From a bacterium (GTDB lineage Bacteria; Patescibacteriota; Patescibacteriia; Magasanikbacterales; GWA2-37-8), in the NCBI GenBank assembly GCA_043810165.1, contig JBDROJ010000019.1, forward strand, positions 17,524 to 81,523: 64,000 bases of DNA. The letters run 5' to 3'. Shown here piece by piece: positions 47,522 through 56,795 of this stretch; within the stretch, counting starts at the first letter, position 1; every line of letters begins with the position of its first letter. The translations under genes and the position numbers were made by a program. The notes under the pieces are model-generated. The model did not search any database. It saw only the letters and a list, made by a program, of their open reading frames with translations, and was not told the origin of the DNA.

Positions 47522-48465
47522 ATAATTTCTTTTAAAATTTTTCCTAATTTAATTGTGCAAAGACCGCCAGCTTCTTTCTCATAATCGCCTGATACTATAT
47601 TGTAATCCACTAAATCAGTTTCATTATATTCAATTAAGTCCCACTTCTTTTTATTATACTTTTGTTTTTGGTCTTCACTTAATTTTGCATTATTAAATAC
47701 AACACTGTCTAATTTACGCGGTAGATAAGTCTGCAATTGTGAAATAAATTCACTTAATTTAGTAGGTCCTGTCTCTCCGTCTATCTCATAAGCATTACCA
47801 ACTATATATATAAATTTAGCTGAAGAATCGGTCATGGCTTGCTTTAAACCCTGGGGCAACAGGGTAGCCACAATACTACAATATAAACTACCCGGACCGA
47901 TGAATATATAATCAGCTTGCTCAATCGCCTGTTTAGCACCCGCATAAACCCGTGCATCCGGCTCCAACCAGGCTTTTTTGATTCTTATTTTTTTATCATA
48001 ATCGGGCCGGTCAATTAGGCCCTCTGTTTTTATAATATCGCCATTTTCTAATTCAACTGCCAAATCAGTTTTGTCTAAAGTTGTTGGATAAACCTTGCCC
48101 ACCGCCTGCACGACCTGTTCTAAAGCTCGTACCGCGCAGACATAGTCTCCCCCATACTGTTCAGCCAATACTAAAAATAAATTGCCCAAATTATGGCTGT
48201 CTAATTTACCAACATTCTTAAATCTGACACGATTAAACATTGCCTTGAGCATGCTATAATCATGCATGGACATGGCCAAAACTGCACGCAGAATATCACC
48301 CGGAGGCAGAGTGTCAAATTCATGACGTAAACGGCCAGAAGATCCGCCAGAATCGCTCATGGAAACAACCGAAGAAATATTTAATAAATCTAAATTCTGT
48401 TTTAAGGCTTGAGTGGTAATGGCTGAACCATTGCCTCCGCCTATTACTACTGCATTTTTTTTCAT
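47512..48465 (-). CDS. YvcK/GlmR family UDP-GlcNAc-binding protein
   Basis: VIGGGNG, DSGGSSGRLR, PPGD, HNLGNL, GPGSLY.S. True start 48465; the ORF-track extension is repeat-derived. Confidence 0.92.
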   Translation of the reverse strand: MKKNAVVIGGGNGSAITTQALKQNLDLLNISSVVSMSDSGGSSGRLRHEFDTLPPGDILRAVLAMSMHDYSMLKAMFNRVRFKNVGKLDSHNLGNLFLVLAEQYGGDYVCAVRALEQVVQAVGKVYPTTLDKTDLAVELENGDIIKTEGLIDRPDYDKKIRIKKAWLEPDARVYAGAKQAIEQADYIFIGPGSLYCSIVATLLPQGLKQAMTDSSAKFIYIVGNAYEIDGETGPTKLSEFISQLQTYLPRKLDSVVFNNAKLSEDQKQKYNKKKWDLIEYNETDLVDYNIVSGDYEKEAGGLCTIKLGKILKEIICK

Positions 48466-48477
48466 AAATTTTTGTTT

Positions 48478-48636
48478 TGTCATTGTGAGGAGCGTAGCGT
48501 TGCTGACATTGCGAGGAGCGTAGCGACGAAGCAATCTCGCCTAGTTATATTGTAACGAGATTGCTTCGCTTACGCTCGCAATGGCAGGAAGACTTGGCTC
48601 GCAATGACAGCAACGCTACGCTCCTCGCAATAACAG
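48478..48636. repeat. Palindromic REP/RPE-like element, copy 4
   Basis: Nested arms gtcattgtgaggagcgtagcgttgctg...cagcaacgctacgctcctcgcaataac around gaagcaatctcg...cgagattgcttcg. Confidence 0.9.
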
Positions 48637-48637
48637 A

Positions 48638-49294
48638 TTATAAACCTAAATATTTAGAAATCTTTTTATCTTCCAAAGAATCAACCACCAAATCAGCCTG
48701 ACTAAAATCTCCAAAACTCCATCTCTTATCAGGCACAGCAATACAAGTCATTCCAGCTCGCTTTGCTGACACCACCCCATTTTCTGCGTCTTCAAAAACT
48801 AAACAGTCTTCAGGTTTCACTTGCAGACGCTCGGCTGTATACAGATAAATCCTTGGATCAGGCTTGCCCACAAAATTTACATGATCAGCTGATACTAATT
48901 CGTCAAAATACTCATGCCAACCAAAACGACCCACAACTAATTTGACACTGTCCAACGGTGCTCCTGAAGCGATTGCTTGCTTTATTTTCTCTTTCTTAAT
49001 ATTTCTAATTAAGTCAACTACTCCAGGCATAATTTTTGTTTTTTTCTGATAAAGTTCTTCTATCCTCTTATTTCTAAAGACAAATAAATCATCAATCGGT
49101 TGATCTATATTAAATTTTTCTTTCAACCAGGCCATACCTTCTTCTACACTCCTACCGGTTAAATATTTTATGGTATCTTCGGTTAACTCAAAGTCTATCT
49201 GTGAAAACAACTCCTTATCCAATTCAATCCAATGGATCATGCTGTCCACCAGCAAACCATCCATGTCATAAATTACCGCTTTAAATTTATTCAT
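48638..49294 (-). CDS. HAD-family phosphatase (beta-PGM/YniC-like)
   Basis: DMDGLLVDS, ASG, GKPDP, FEDA.NG. Confidence 0.92.
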   Translation of the reverse strand: MNKFKAVIYDMDGLLVDSMIHWIELDKELFSQIDFELTEDTIKYLTGRSVEEGMAWLKEKFNIDQPIDDLFVFRNKRIEELYQKKTKIMPGVVDLIRNIKKEKIKQAIASGAPLDSVKLVVGRFGWHEYFDELVSADHVNFVGKPDPRIYLYTAERLQVKPEDCLVFEDAENGVVSAKRAGMTCIAVPDKRWSFGDFSQADLVVDSLEDKKISKYLGL

Positions 49295-49296
49295 AT

Positions 49297-51120
49297 TTAT
49301 TCTACAGTTACGCTCTTGGCTAAATTTCTCGGTCTATCCACGTCTTTTCCCAACAAAACAGCCATATGATAAGCAAACAACTGTAAAGGTATGGAATTTA
49401 ATAATGGCTCCAATAATTCCATGGTCTTTGGCACATAAATCAAATCATCGGCAAGTTCTTTTGCCTGTTCATCATCTTCATTAACCACCAAAATTACCGG
49501 AGTTTCTCTGGCTCTAACTTCTTCAATATTGCTCCTAACTTTTTCATACAACTGATTCTTAGTCATCAATGCCACTACCAGCAAATCCGGAGACAATAAC
49601 GCATTGGCACCATGCTTCATCTCGCCAGCTGGATAACATTCACTATGAATATATGATATTTCTTTTAATTTATGAGATCCTTCCAATGCAACAGGAAAAT
49701 TAATGCCTCTCCCCAAATATAGTGCGTCACTAAAACCCTTATATTTATTAACTAATTGTTTAATGGTGTCATTAGTTTCTAAAACCTTATTCATTTTTTC
49801 TGGGATCTCTAATAAAGCTTGCAATAAGCGCTGTCCTGTGGCCAAACTGACCCTGTTTAAACGGCCGAACTGTAAAGCTAATAATATCATTATGGCTATC
49901 ATATTGGTGTAAGCTTTTGTGGAAGCAACTGCCAGCTCCGGACCGGCATGAATATAACTACCGCCATCTGTCTCGCGTGCGATAGTAGAACCGACAACAT
50001 TGACTATGCCTCTAACAAACGCCCCGCGACGCTTGGCCTCCCGCAAGGCCGCCAATGTATCAGCGGTTTCCCCGGATTGAGACACGGCAAATACCAAAGT
50101 ATTTTTATTAACAATGGGATCGCGATAACGAAATTCACTGGCCACGTCAACTTCAACCGGAATTCCTGACAATCTTTCAAAAGCGTACTTGCCGATCATG
50201 GCTGCATAATTGGCTGTACCACAGGCAATAAAAATAACCCGATTTATCTGATGCATTTGCTCTTCAGTCATATTCAAACCGCCCAAATGAGCGGTGCCCT
50301 CTTCCAAATTATATCGTCCGCGAATTGCATCTTCAAATACAGTGGGTTGGTCAAAAATTTCTTTAAGCATAAAATGATCATAGCCTTGCTTTTGAGCTTG
50401 ATCTTCATCCCAATCAATATGCTCAACCTGTTTGGTTATTTCTTTGTCTTTTAAAGTATATGTTTTGTAGCCTTCATAATTAATTTCAACAATTTCCCCA
50501 TCATCAAGAAAAAATACCTCCTTGGTATGAGTTAAAAGAGGAGATGTGTCTGAAGCCACAAAGTATTCCCCTTGATCAAATCCAACCACCAACGGACTAC
50601 CCAAACGAGCGGCCACCAGCTTGCCTTCCTCTTTGCAATGCATGGCCACCAAGCCATAAGTTCCTCTCACTTTTGTCAAGGCCTTTTCCATGGCCAAGCG
50701 CAAATCACCTTCATAAAAATACTCAATCAGATGAGCCAGTACTTCTGTATCAGTTTCTGAAACAAATTTATGGTCTTTTAAATATTCATCCTTTAATTCG
50801 CGATAATTTTCAATTATTCCATTGTGTACAACCACCAGATCCTTGGTACAACCCCAATGAGGATGGGCATTTTCATCAGTAACACCGCCGTGCGTGGCCC
50901 AGCGAGTATGAGCTATGCCTACTGTACCGCGCAGGCTCGCATTTTTTAGCTTTGCCTCCAAATTACCTATTCTTCCTGATGATTTTTCAATGCAAATCTC
51001 ATGATCTTGGCAGATTGCCACGCCAGCACTGTCATAACCCCTATATTCAAGCCGGCGCAAACCTTGAATTAATATGGGCAAAGCTTGTTTTTTACCAATG
51101 TATCCAATTATTCCACACAT
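49297..51120 (-). CDS. glmS: Glutamine--fructose-6-phosphate transaminase
   Basis: MCGIIG, EYRGYDSAG, HTRWATHG, HNGIIEN, SQSGET, PRNLAKSVTVE. Confidence 0.98.
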   Translation of the reverse strand: MCGIIGYIGKKQALPILIQGLRRLEYRGYDSAGVAICQDHEICIEKSSGRIGNLEAKLKNASLRGTVGIAHTRWATHGGVTDENAHPHWGCTKDLVVVHNGIIENYRELKDEYLKDHKFVSETDTEVLAHLIEYFYEGDLRLAMEKALTKVRGTYGLVAMHCKEEGKLVAARLGSPLVVGFDQGEYFVASDTSPLLTHTKEVFFLDDGEIVEINYEGYKTYTLKDKEITKQVEHIDWDEDQAQKQGYDHFMLKEIFDQPTVFEDAIRGRYNLEEGTAHLGGLNMTEEQMHQINRVIFIACGTANYAAMIGKYAFERLSGIPVEVDVASEFRYRDPIVNKNTLVFAVSQSGETADTLAALREAKRRGAFVRGIVNVVGSTIARETDGGSYIHAGPELAVASTKAYTNMIAIMILLALQFGRLNRVSLATGQRLLQALLEIPEKMNKVLETNDTIKQLVNKYKGFSDALYLGRGINFPVALEGSHKLKEISYIHSECYPAGEMKHGANALLSPDLLVVALMTKNQLYEKVRSNIEEVRARETPVILVVNEDDEQAKELADDLIYVPKTMELLEPLLNSIPLQLFAYHMAVLLGKDVDRPRNLAKSVTVE

Positions 51121-51130
51121 AATTTTAAAA

Positions 51131-51613
51131 TTAATATTTTATCCCTAATTCAAATGCTTTTTGATTTTCTTCCCAGCCAATTTTAGCGCTCAATTTTTTA
51201 CTTAATGAATCACTCAACAAATCCAAGTTCATTATATTTTGATCAGCCAATTTTTTTCCTAATAAGCCGAGAAAAAATATATTGTATGATTGTTCTTGAA
51301 TCTGGTTTTGTTTAAAATTTTCCAAATAATCTTCAATATACAAAACTTCAGCGTCTTCAATATAATGTTGAGTTCGTTCTCTGGCTTGTTCTGACATAAT
51401 CAATAAAATATCAGGTTTTGTAAATCTGGGATAAACAATTTCTTTATTACTAATCTGCACAAAAGCCAATGACACGCCACCGCGCTGTTCCAAACCAAAA
51501 TTAGGAATATCAGTAACATAAAATCCGTTAGCAAAAGCAGTTTGTGTTAATAGGTTGGCGATTGTTTGCAAGCCTTGCCCGCCGTCGCCGGCAAAAATAA
51601 TTTTTATGTTCAT
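51131..51613 (-). CDS. 2-oxoacid:ferredoxin oxidoreductase gamma subunit
   Basis: AGDGGQG, P.FG.EQRGG.S, N.KAF..G. Confidence 0.88.
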   Translation of the reverse strand: MNIKIIFAGDGGQGLQTIANLLTQTAFANGFYVTDIPNFGLEQRGGVSLAFVQISNKEIVYPRFTKPDILLIMSEQARERTQHYIEDAEVLYIEDYLENFKQNQIQEQSYNIFFLGLLGKKLADQNIMNLDLLSDSLSKKLSAKIGWEENQKAFELGIKY

Positions 51614-51614
51614 A

Positions 51615-52289
51615 TTATAATTCACCAATTTTAAAAACTTCTTTAATGCCGTCTAGACGATCCAAGGTATCCTTACCTCTTGTCCTCCAATTAGTGGGGC
51701 AAAAAGATAAAACTTCAACCATGGCAAAATGTCCAGCTTGTTGAGTTTTAACGGCTTTTTCAAGATATTCCATAAGATCTTTTGGGTCATTTACAGCTGT
51801 GCGCGCCAAATATGCATCTTTATTGGCTACTTGCTTTATTAATTCAAGTCCGAACAAAGGCTCTTGATCTATGCCTTGCGGATTAGTACTGGTAATTTGT
51901 CCGACCAAACTGGTGGGAGCAGTCTGCCCTCCGGTCATGGCATAAAGTGTATTATTTATCACAATAATACTTACAGCTTCATCGCGCTTGGCCGAATGCA
52001 ATAAATTTTGCAAGCCGATAGCATAAGCTCCGCCATCTCCGGTCAAGCCCAAACTGATTGAATCGGGTTGAGCGCCTTTAAAACCAATCATAGTAGGCGT
52101 AACCCGGCCATGGTGAGTTTGAAAGGTATTGATGGGCAAAAAATTAATTGCTAAAAGCGAACAGCCGATATCAAGACCAAGTACAGCCTGATCAATCAAG
52201 CCTAATTTTTCTAATACTTTATTCAGAGTCATTAATACCATGGGATAACCGCAACCTGGACAAAATTTTGACAATTTGGGATTATACAT
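51615..52289 (-). CDS. 2-oxoacid:ferredoxin oxidoreductase beta (TPP-binding) subunit
   Basis: FCPGCG, IGCS, HGR, GDGG...NN..Y.MTGGQ, CPT. Confidence 0.92.
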   Translation of the reverse strand: MYNPKLSKFCPGCGYPMVLMTLNKVLEKLGLIDQAVLGLDIGCSLLAINFLPINTFQTHHGRVTPTMIGFKGAQPDSISLGLTGDGGAYAIGLQNLLHSAKRDEAVSIIVINNTLYAMTGGQTAPTSLVGQITSTNPQGIDQEPLFGLELIKQVANKDAYLARTAVNDPKDLMEYLEKAVKTQQAGHFAMVEVLSFCPTNWRTRGKDTLDRLDGIKEVFKIGEL

Positions 52290-53307
52290 ATCTTTTTACA
52301 ATTTCTTCTGGCTCTATACCCAGACCTGGATAATGCCAGCCATTTAATTCAATATTAATTTGAGAATCCAGATCATCTCTAACCAGCCTTTCTAGCTGGC
52401 CTGCTGATGATTCAATCACTGTAATTTTTTTGATTCTAGATGCGACTTCACTCAATTGTTTTTTGGGAAAAGGACGAATACTGATCGGGCGGAACAAACC
52501 AACTTTCTTTCCTTGTTCACGCAAATCATCCACCGCCTGTTTAGCGCTTGCCCCGACTATGCCATGGGCTATAAATAATTCTTCAGCATCTTCAACCATA
52601 TATTGTTCAGCCGATTCTATTTGAGGCCTAATTTTATCAAAATCCTGCTGATCTTTATTTAATTTTTCATATAATTCTTCCTCTAAAGTATATATACTGG
52701 GCAGATGGACATTCTGTCCGGGACTAACCAGAGGATATGATTTAACATTTTCCTGATTAGGCTGTCTGACAAGATCAACCACGCCTTTCATTTTTAGCAA
52801 GTACCCATCGGTCAAAACTATGGCGGGAAAACGATATTTCCAGACATCATTAAAAGCCTTGATTGTTAAATTATAAAGTTCATTTAAGTTGGAAGGAGAA
52901 TATACCAAGCGCATGCCTTCGCCATTACCCCCATAGCAAGACAATATTACTTCTTGCTGAGAATAAATTACAGTGCCAGAACTTGGGCCACCGCGCTGGC
53001 CAATAATAGCCACAAAAGGCAGACGCATACCTTCGGCCATGCTCATGCCATCTTGCATTAAAACATGACCAGGACCGGCCGTGGCTGTAAAAGCCTTTTG
53101 CCCGCCTAATACTGCGCCGCACACTGCAAAACCTGCTGATATTTCATCTTCAGTCTGTAGATATGGCAAACCGCGCCCAATCCAACCGCTAAACACCTCG
53201 CTACTTGGAGTAATCGGATAGCCATACATGATATCAGCGCCTGCATCCACGCAAGCTTGCAAAGTCACCTCGGCTCCGGTTAATAATTGTTTTTTATTTT
53301 CAGTCAT
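52282..53307 (-). CDS. 2-oxoacid:ferredoxin oxidoreductase alpha subunit (VorB/KorA short type)
   Basis: GYPITPS, EDEI, ATAGPG, QRGGPS.G, VGLFRP. Start at MTENKK (53307). Confidence 0.92.
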   Translation of the reverse strand: MTENKKQLLTGAEVTLQACVDAGADIMYGYPITPSSEVFSGWIGRGLPYLQTEDEISAGFAVCGAVLGGQKAFTATAGPGHVLMQDGMSMAEGMRLPFVAIIGQRGGPSSGTVIYSQQEVILSCYGGNGEGMRLVYSPSNLNELYNLTIKAFNDVWKYRFPAIVLTDGYLLKMKGVVDLVRQPNQENVKSYPLVSPGQNVHLPSIYTLEEELYEKLNKDQQDFDKIRPQIESAEQYMVEDAEELFIAHGIVGASAKQAVDDLREQGKKVGLFRPISIRPFPKKQLSEVASRIKKITVIESSAGQLERLVRDDLDSQINIELNGWHYPGLGIEPEEIVKRYV

Positions 53308-53309
53308 AA

Positions 53310-54080
53310 TTACAAAAATAATTTTTTTCTTTTGTCCGCTTCTTCCAATTCTTCTTTGGTATTCACGCCAAACCACTCTCTCCTGTCCTGCAATTTAACA
53401 ACTCGCACAGACAAGCCTTCTTTTTGAGCCATCATAAAGGCAGTAGGCAACCCATACTCGCCCAGCTTTTCAATAATCGGCATATTGGGAAACATATTCT
53501 TATACCACCTTCTATTAAAACAAAAAGTTCCGGTGCTGGTTTCAGTGGTGTGCCTATTCTCTTCGGTCAGGTATTCTTTCTCAATTATATCTATCTCATG
53601 GCCGTTTCTAATTATACGCCCGTAAGCAAAAGAAGAAGAATCAATGCTAGTGGAAAGCAAAGATACCATGGCTTGTTCCTCAATATGCTGATTTATTAAA
53701 TTTTCAATTGTAGTTGATTTAAAAAAGGCACTATCATCTCCGTTCATGACCAATATATTATCAACTTCATCAGGTAATGCTTTTATACCAATATACGTGG
53801 CGTGGGCTGTGCCCAACTGTTCTTCTTGCACCGCATAAGTAACCTTGTCACCAAAAAAATCCATAACTTTTTCTTTGTGAAAACCAACTACCAAAGAAAT
53901 TTTTTCTTTGGTAAACCCAAGCCGGTATAAGGTGTCGACAATATAACTGACGATTGGCTTTCCTCCTATTTCCAGCATCGTCTTGGGCGTATCATTGCAT
54001 TGCAGACGCGTGCCTTGTCCAGCTGACAAAACCACGGCTCCAAAATTACCTATTATCCCTGATATATTCATATATTTCAT
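53310..54080 (-). CDS. Sugar-phosphate nucleotidyltransferase (stand-alone GlmU N-domain-like)
   Basis: VLSAGQGTRL...PK, Q.EQLGTAHA, NGD, YGRIIR, IIE, GEY, GVNT..EL; stops before any left-handed beta-helix. Confidence 0.85.
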   Translation of the reverse strand: MKYMNISGIIGNFGAVVLSAGQGTRLQCNDTPKTMLEIGGKPIVSYIVDTLYRLGFTKEKISLVVGFHKEKVMDFFGDKVTYAVQEEQLGTAHATYIGIKALPDEVDNILVMNGDDSAFFKSTTIENLINQHIEEQAMVSLLSTSIDSSSFAYGRIIRNGHEIDIIEKEYLTEENRHTTETSTGTFCFNRRWYKNMFPNMPIIEKLGEYGLPTAFMMAQKEGLSVRVVKLQDRREWFGVNTKEELEEADKRKKLFL

Positions 54081-54696
54081 TTAAAGTTTTAAAATATGGT
54101 AATTGGCTTTTAATATATTCTTGCTCGTCTATGTCTTCGGATTTTTTTAGAATGTAATTAATTTTTGGATGATTCTTTTTGACATTGAGAGTTTCATCCG
54201 GACGATTGTTTATAAACCAGATTTTTGATAAATTTTTTCCATTTGCCAATTCTGCAACCACATCGCTTTTGTCTGTGCGCGTTAATATAAATCTATCAAA
54301 GTATTCTTCAAAACCCGATCCTTTGGCTTTTAAAGTTTGAAAATCCGTATCGCCAAAACTTAATAAAATCATTGGTTCTCCCAAACTTTTCATTTGTCCT
54401 AAAAAAGACAGAGAATCCGAAAATAAAAAAGTTTTTAAAATTTCTGAACTAATTGTTTTTTCCAAAGCTTGAAAAACTTCCTCTTGATCAAAACCATGCT
54501 TGGATAAAACTTGAGCGTGCTTTATATTATTATAGCCAATCGGTTCCTGATTGCGCGCTTCAGAATAAGTCTTGTCATACAGGTCTTCAGTAACGCCCAA
54601 TTTATTTAGAACAGACAAACGAACTTCTTTAAAACCGTGCACGCCCCTTGTATTGAATAATGTATCATCAAGGTCAATTATGAACATAGAACTCAT
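54046..54696 (-). CDS. HAD-superfamily hydrolase
   Basis: IIDLDDTLFNT motif I; LSFG...Q..K. Confidence 0.75.
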   Translation of the reverse strand: MSSMFIIDLDDTLFNTRGVHGFKEVRLSVLNKLGVTEDLYDKTYSEARNQEPIGYNNIKHAQVLSKHGFDQEEVFQALEKTISSEILKTFLFSDSLSFLGQMKSLGEPMILLSFGDTDFQTLKAKGSGFEEYFDRFILTRTDKSDVVAELANGKNLSKIWFINNRPDETLNVKKNHPKINYILKKSEDIDEQEYIKSQLPYFKTLNEIYEYIRDNR

Positions 54697-54736
54697 ATTA
54701 AATTTTTTAGATTAGTCTCGTGGATAATGGGCGTTT

Positions 54737-54871
54737 CTGTCATTGCTAGCGTAGCGCTATTGTCATTGCGAGGAGCGGAGCGACGAAGCAATCTCGCTGC
54801 CCTAGAACCAACGAGATTGCTTCGCTTACGCTCGCAATGACAGAAACGCTATACAGGCTCGCAATGACAGA
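54737..54871. repeat. Palindromic REP/RPE-like element, copy 5
   Basis: gtcattgctagc...gtcattgcgagg...gaagcaatctcg...cgagattgcttcgcttacgctcgcaatgacag...ctcgcaatgacag. Confidence 0.9.
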
Positions 54872-54915
54872 TTTGACTAATTTAGATTAAATGTTAAAAG
54901 TGATTTAATACTATT

Positions 54916-55650
54916 TTATAATTTATTCCACAAATTATCAAAAATATTTTTCTGCGTTTGAAATATTCCTTCATTTTCCACAACCACCCCCACAGGCTCA
55001 TCTTTGGCATTAAGAGAAATATACGCGGTCTTGCCCGGATATATTAAAATATATGTTGGCGTACTGTCTTCAGCTGAAAGCCATTTGCGCTCGTCCATGC
55101 CGCGCAGCTCTCCGCCATCGCCGATGGCGATTACTTTAACAGCAATTCCTTTTGAAATGCGCACATCGCTGAAAGTTTCAAAACCATCATATAGGTATTC
55201 TCGAATTCCGGCAGATGAATAAATACGATAAATTTTTTCTCCACTATTTTCACAAACATCAAGCAGGTCTTCCATTATTTTTACTATTTGATTTTTATTA
55301 TAATAACGGGCGATCGGACGTTCTCCACCTTTATCATAAATTGACCTAAGTTCTGGAATCATCTTATCTAATTTTTTGTCTATTTCTTCTAATTCTTCAG
55401 ACTTATCCAGAACCAAACCATGCAGTTTTTCCGGATCTTCAACCACGAATAACTGTTTTTTTTCTTTCTTATAAAATCCAACCAAACCCTTGTCTTTCAA
55501 CCATTTTAAATTATCATATACCGTACCACGGTTCAAATCAGTCTTTTCGGCTATTTTACGCACCGAAGATGGGCCCAAACTCAATAAAGCCAGGTAAATA
55601 TTGGCTAACTTGTCAGAAAATCCTAAACTTTTGAGTAGGTTGATATCCAT
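54916..55650 (-). CDS. TrmB-family transcriptional regulator
   Basis: LGFSDK...YLALLSLG...NRGTVYDNL HTH; C-terminal F..LW. Confidence 0.9.
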   Translation of the reverse strand: MDINLLKSLGFSDKLANIYLALLSLGPSSVRKIAEKTDLNRGTVYDNLKWLKDKGLVGFYKKEKKQLFVVEDPEKLHGLVLDKSEELEEIDKKLDKMIPELRSIYDKGGERPIARYYNKNQIVKIMEDLLDVCENSGEKIYRIYSSAGIREYLYDGFETFSDVRISKGIAVKVIAIGDGGELRGMDERKWLSAEDSTPTYILIYPGKTAYISLNAKDEPVGVVVENEGIFQTQKNIFDNLWNKL

Positions 55651-55758
55651 ATAATAGGCTATGTTAAGCATAATACATAACTAAAAAACTGTCAAGTTTT
55701 TCCCGACAGTTTCTTGTGGATAAGTTATTGGGAGCTATTTCTAAATCTTCATCTTATC

Positions 55759-56772
55759 CTATACCTCCATTTCCGACTTATACTTACCAGATCGTGCCAA
55801 ACTAGTTAATTTTGCTCTACGTGTAAAAACTTCTTGTGCTTTTTCTACATTTTCTACTTTACCCAGCCATGTATTTAATGCAGAATGTTGAAGAGCTCTT
55901 CCAAATGAATAACTTAATTCCCAAGGATGTTCTCCCATTACATTCATGGCATTCAAATTAGTACAAGCTTGAGCTTCTGTTTGTCCTCCAGATAAAAATA
56001 CTATACCTGGCACTTCCGCCGGCACTGATTCATTAAAGCATTTAACAGTCATACTGGCCACTGTTTGGGGACTATCAATTCCATCAAAATCTTGTCCAGA
56101 CAATACCATATTAGGTTTTAAAACAATGCCATCTAATTTAACACCTCGACTCACTAATTTTTCAAACACCGCCTTAAGAACATTCTTAGTCACTTCATAA
56201 CAATGCTCTATATCATGAGCCCCATCCATTAAAACTTCCGGTTCAACAATTGGGACCAAACCAATTTGTTGACATAAATAAGCATATTCTGCTAAATCTT
56301 TAGCATTGCGTTGTACGCATATATCACTAGGTAAATCATTTGCAATACTATAAACTGCTCGCCATTTAGCAAAACGAGCACCTAAATTATAATATTCCTT
56401 TAATCTATCGTCCAAACCTTCTAAACCTCTGGTAAATTTTTCTACTTCTGAACCACCAAACAATTCTGTACCCTGGTCAACCTTAATACCAGCTAAAACT
56501 CCTTTTTGATTTAATAAATCCGGAAAAGTTACACCTGCCAAAGTACTCTGTCTTAATGTTTCATCAAACATAATTACCCCGCTAATGTAGTGTTCCATTC
56601 CTGGAGCCGTTAAAATTAATTCGCGATAAGCCCTACGATTCTCCTCGGTTGATTCCGCACCAATGGAATCAAAACGCTTCTTAATAGTTGGGGTACTCTC
56701 ATCAGCCGCCAAAATCCCCTTAGATTTAGCCACCATGCTAGTGGCAATACCCTGCAATGTTTTTTCTGACAT
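55759..56772 (-). CDS. Class I fructose-bisphosphate aldolase
   Basis: KGILAADES, GIKVD.G, FAKWR, VPIVEPE, LKPNMV, FLSGGQ, SFGRALQ. Confidence 0.95.
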   Translation of the reverse strand: MSEKTLQGIATSMVAKSKGILAADESTPTIKKRFDSIGAESTEENRRAYRELILTAPGMEHYISGVIMFDETLRQSTLAGVTFPDLLNQKGVLAGIKVDQGTELFGGSEVEKFTRGLEGLDDRLKEYYNLGARFAKWRAVYSIANDLPSDICVQRNAKDLAEYAYLCQQIGLVPIVEPEVLMDGAHDIEHCYEVTKNVLKAVFEKLVSRGVKLDGIVLKPNMVLSGQDFDGIDSPQTVASMTVKCFNESVPAEVPGIVFLSGGQTEAQACTNLNAMNVMGEHPWELSYSFGRALQHSALNTWLGKVENVEKAQEVFTRRAKLTSLARSGKYKSEMEV

Positions 56773-56795
56773 AAATATAAAAATTAAAAAATTAA

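Noticed and set aside
48466-48534. N-terminal extension of YvcK in the ORF track
   Set aside because: Repeat-derived; family homology begins at MKKNAVVIGGG
43711-53307. Autotrophic reverse TCA cycle
   Set aside because: No fumarate reductase, isocitrate dehydrogenase, aconitase or malate dehydrogenase in the window, and the context is amino-sugar synthesis; cannot be excluded genome-wide
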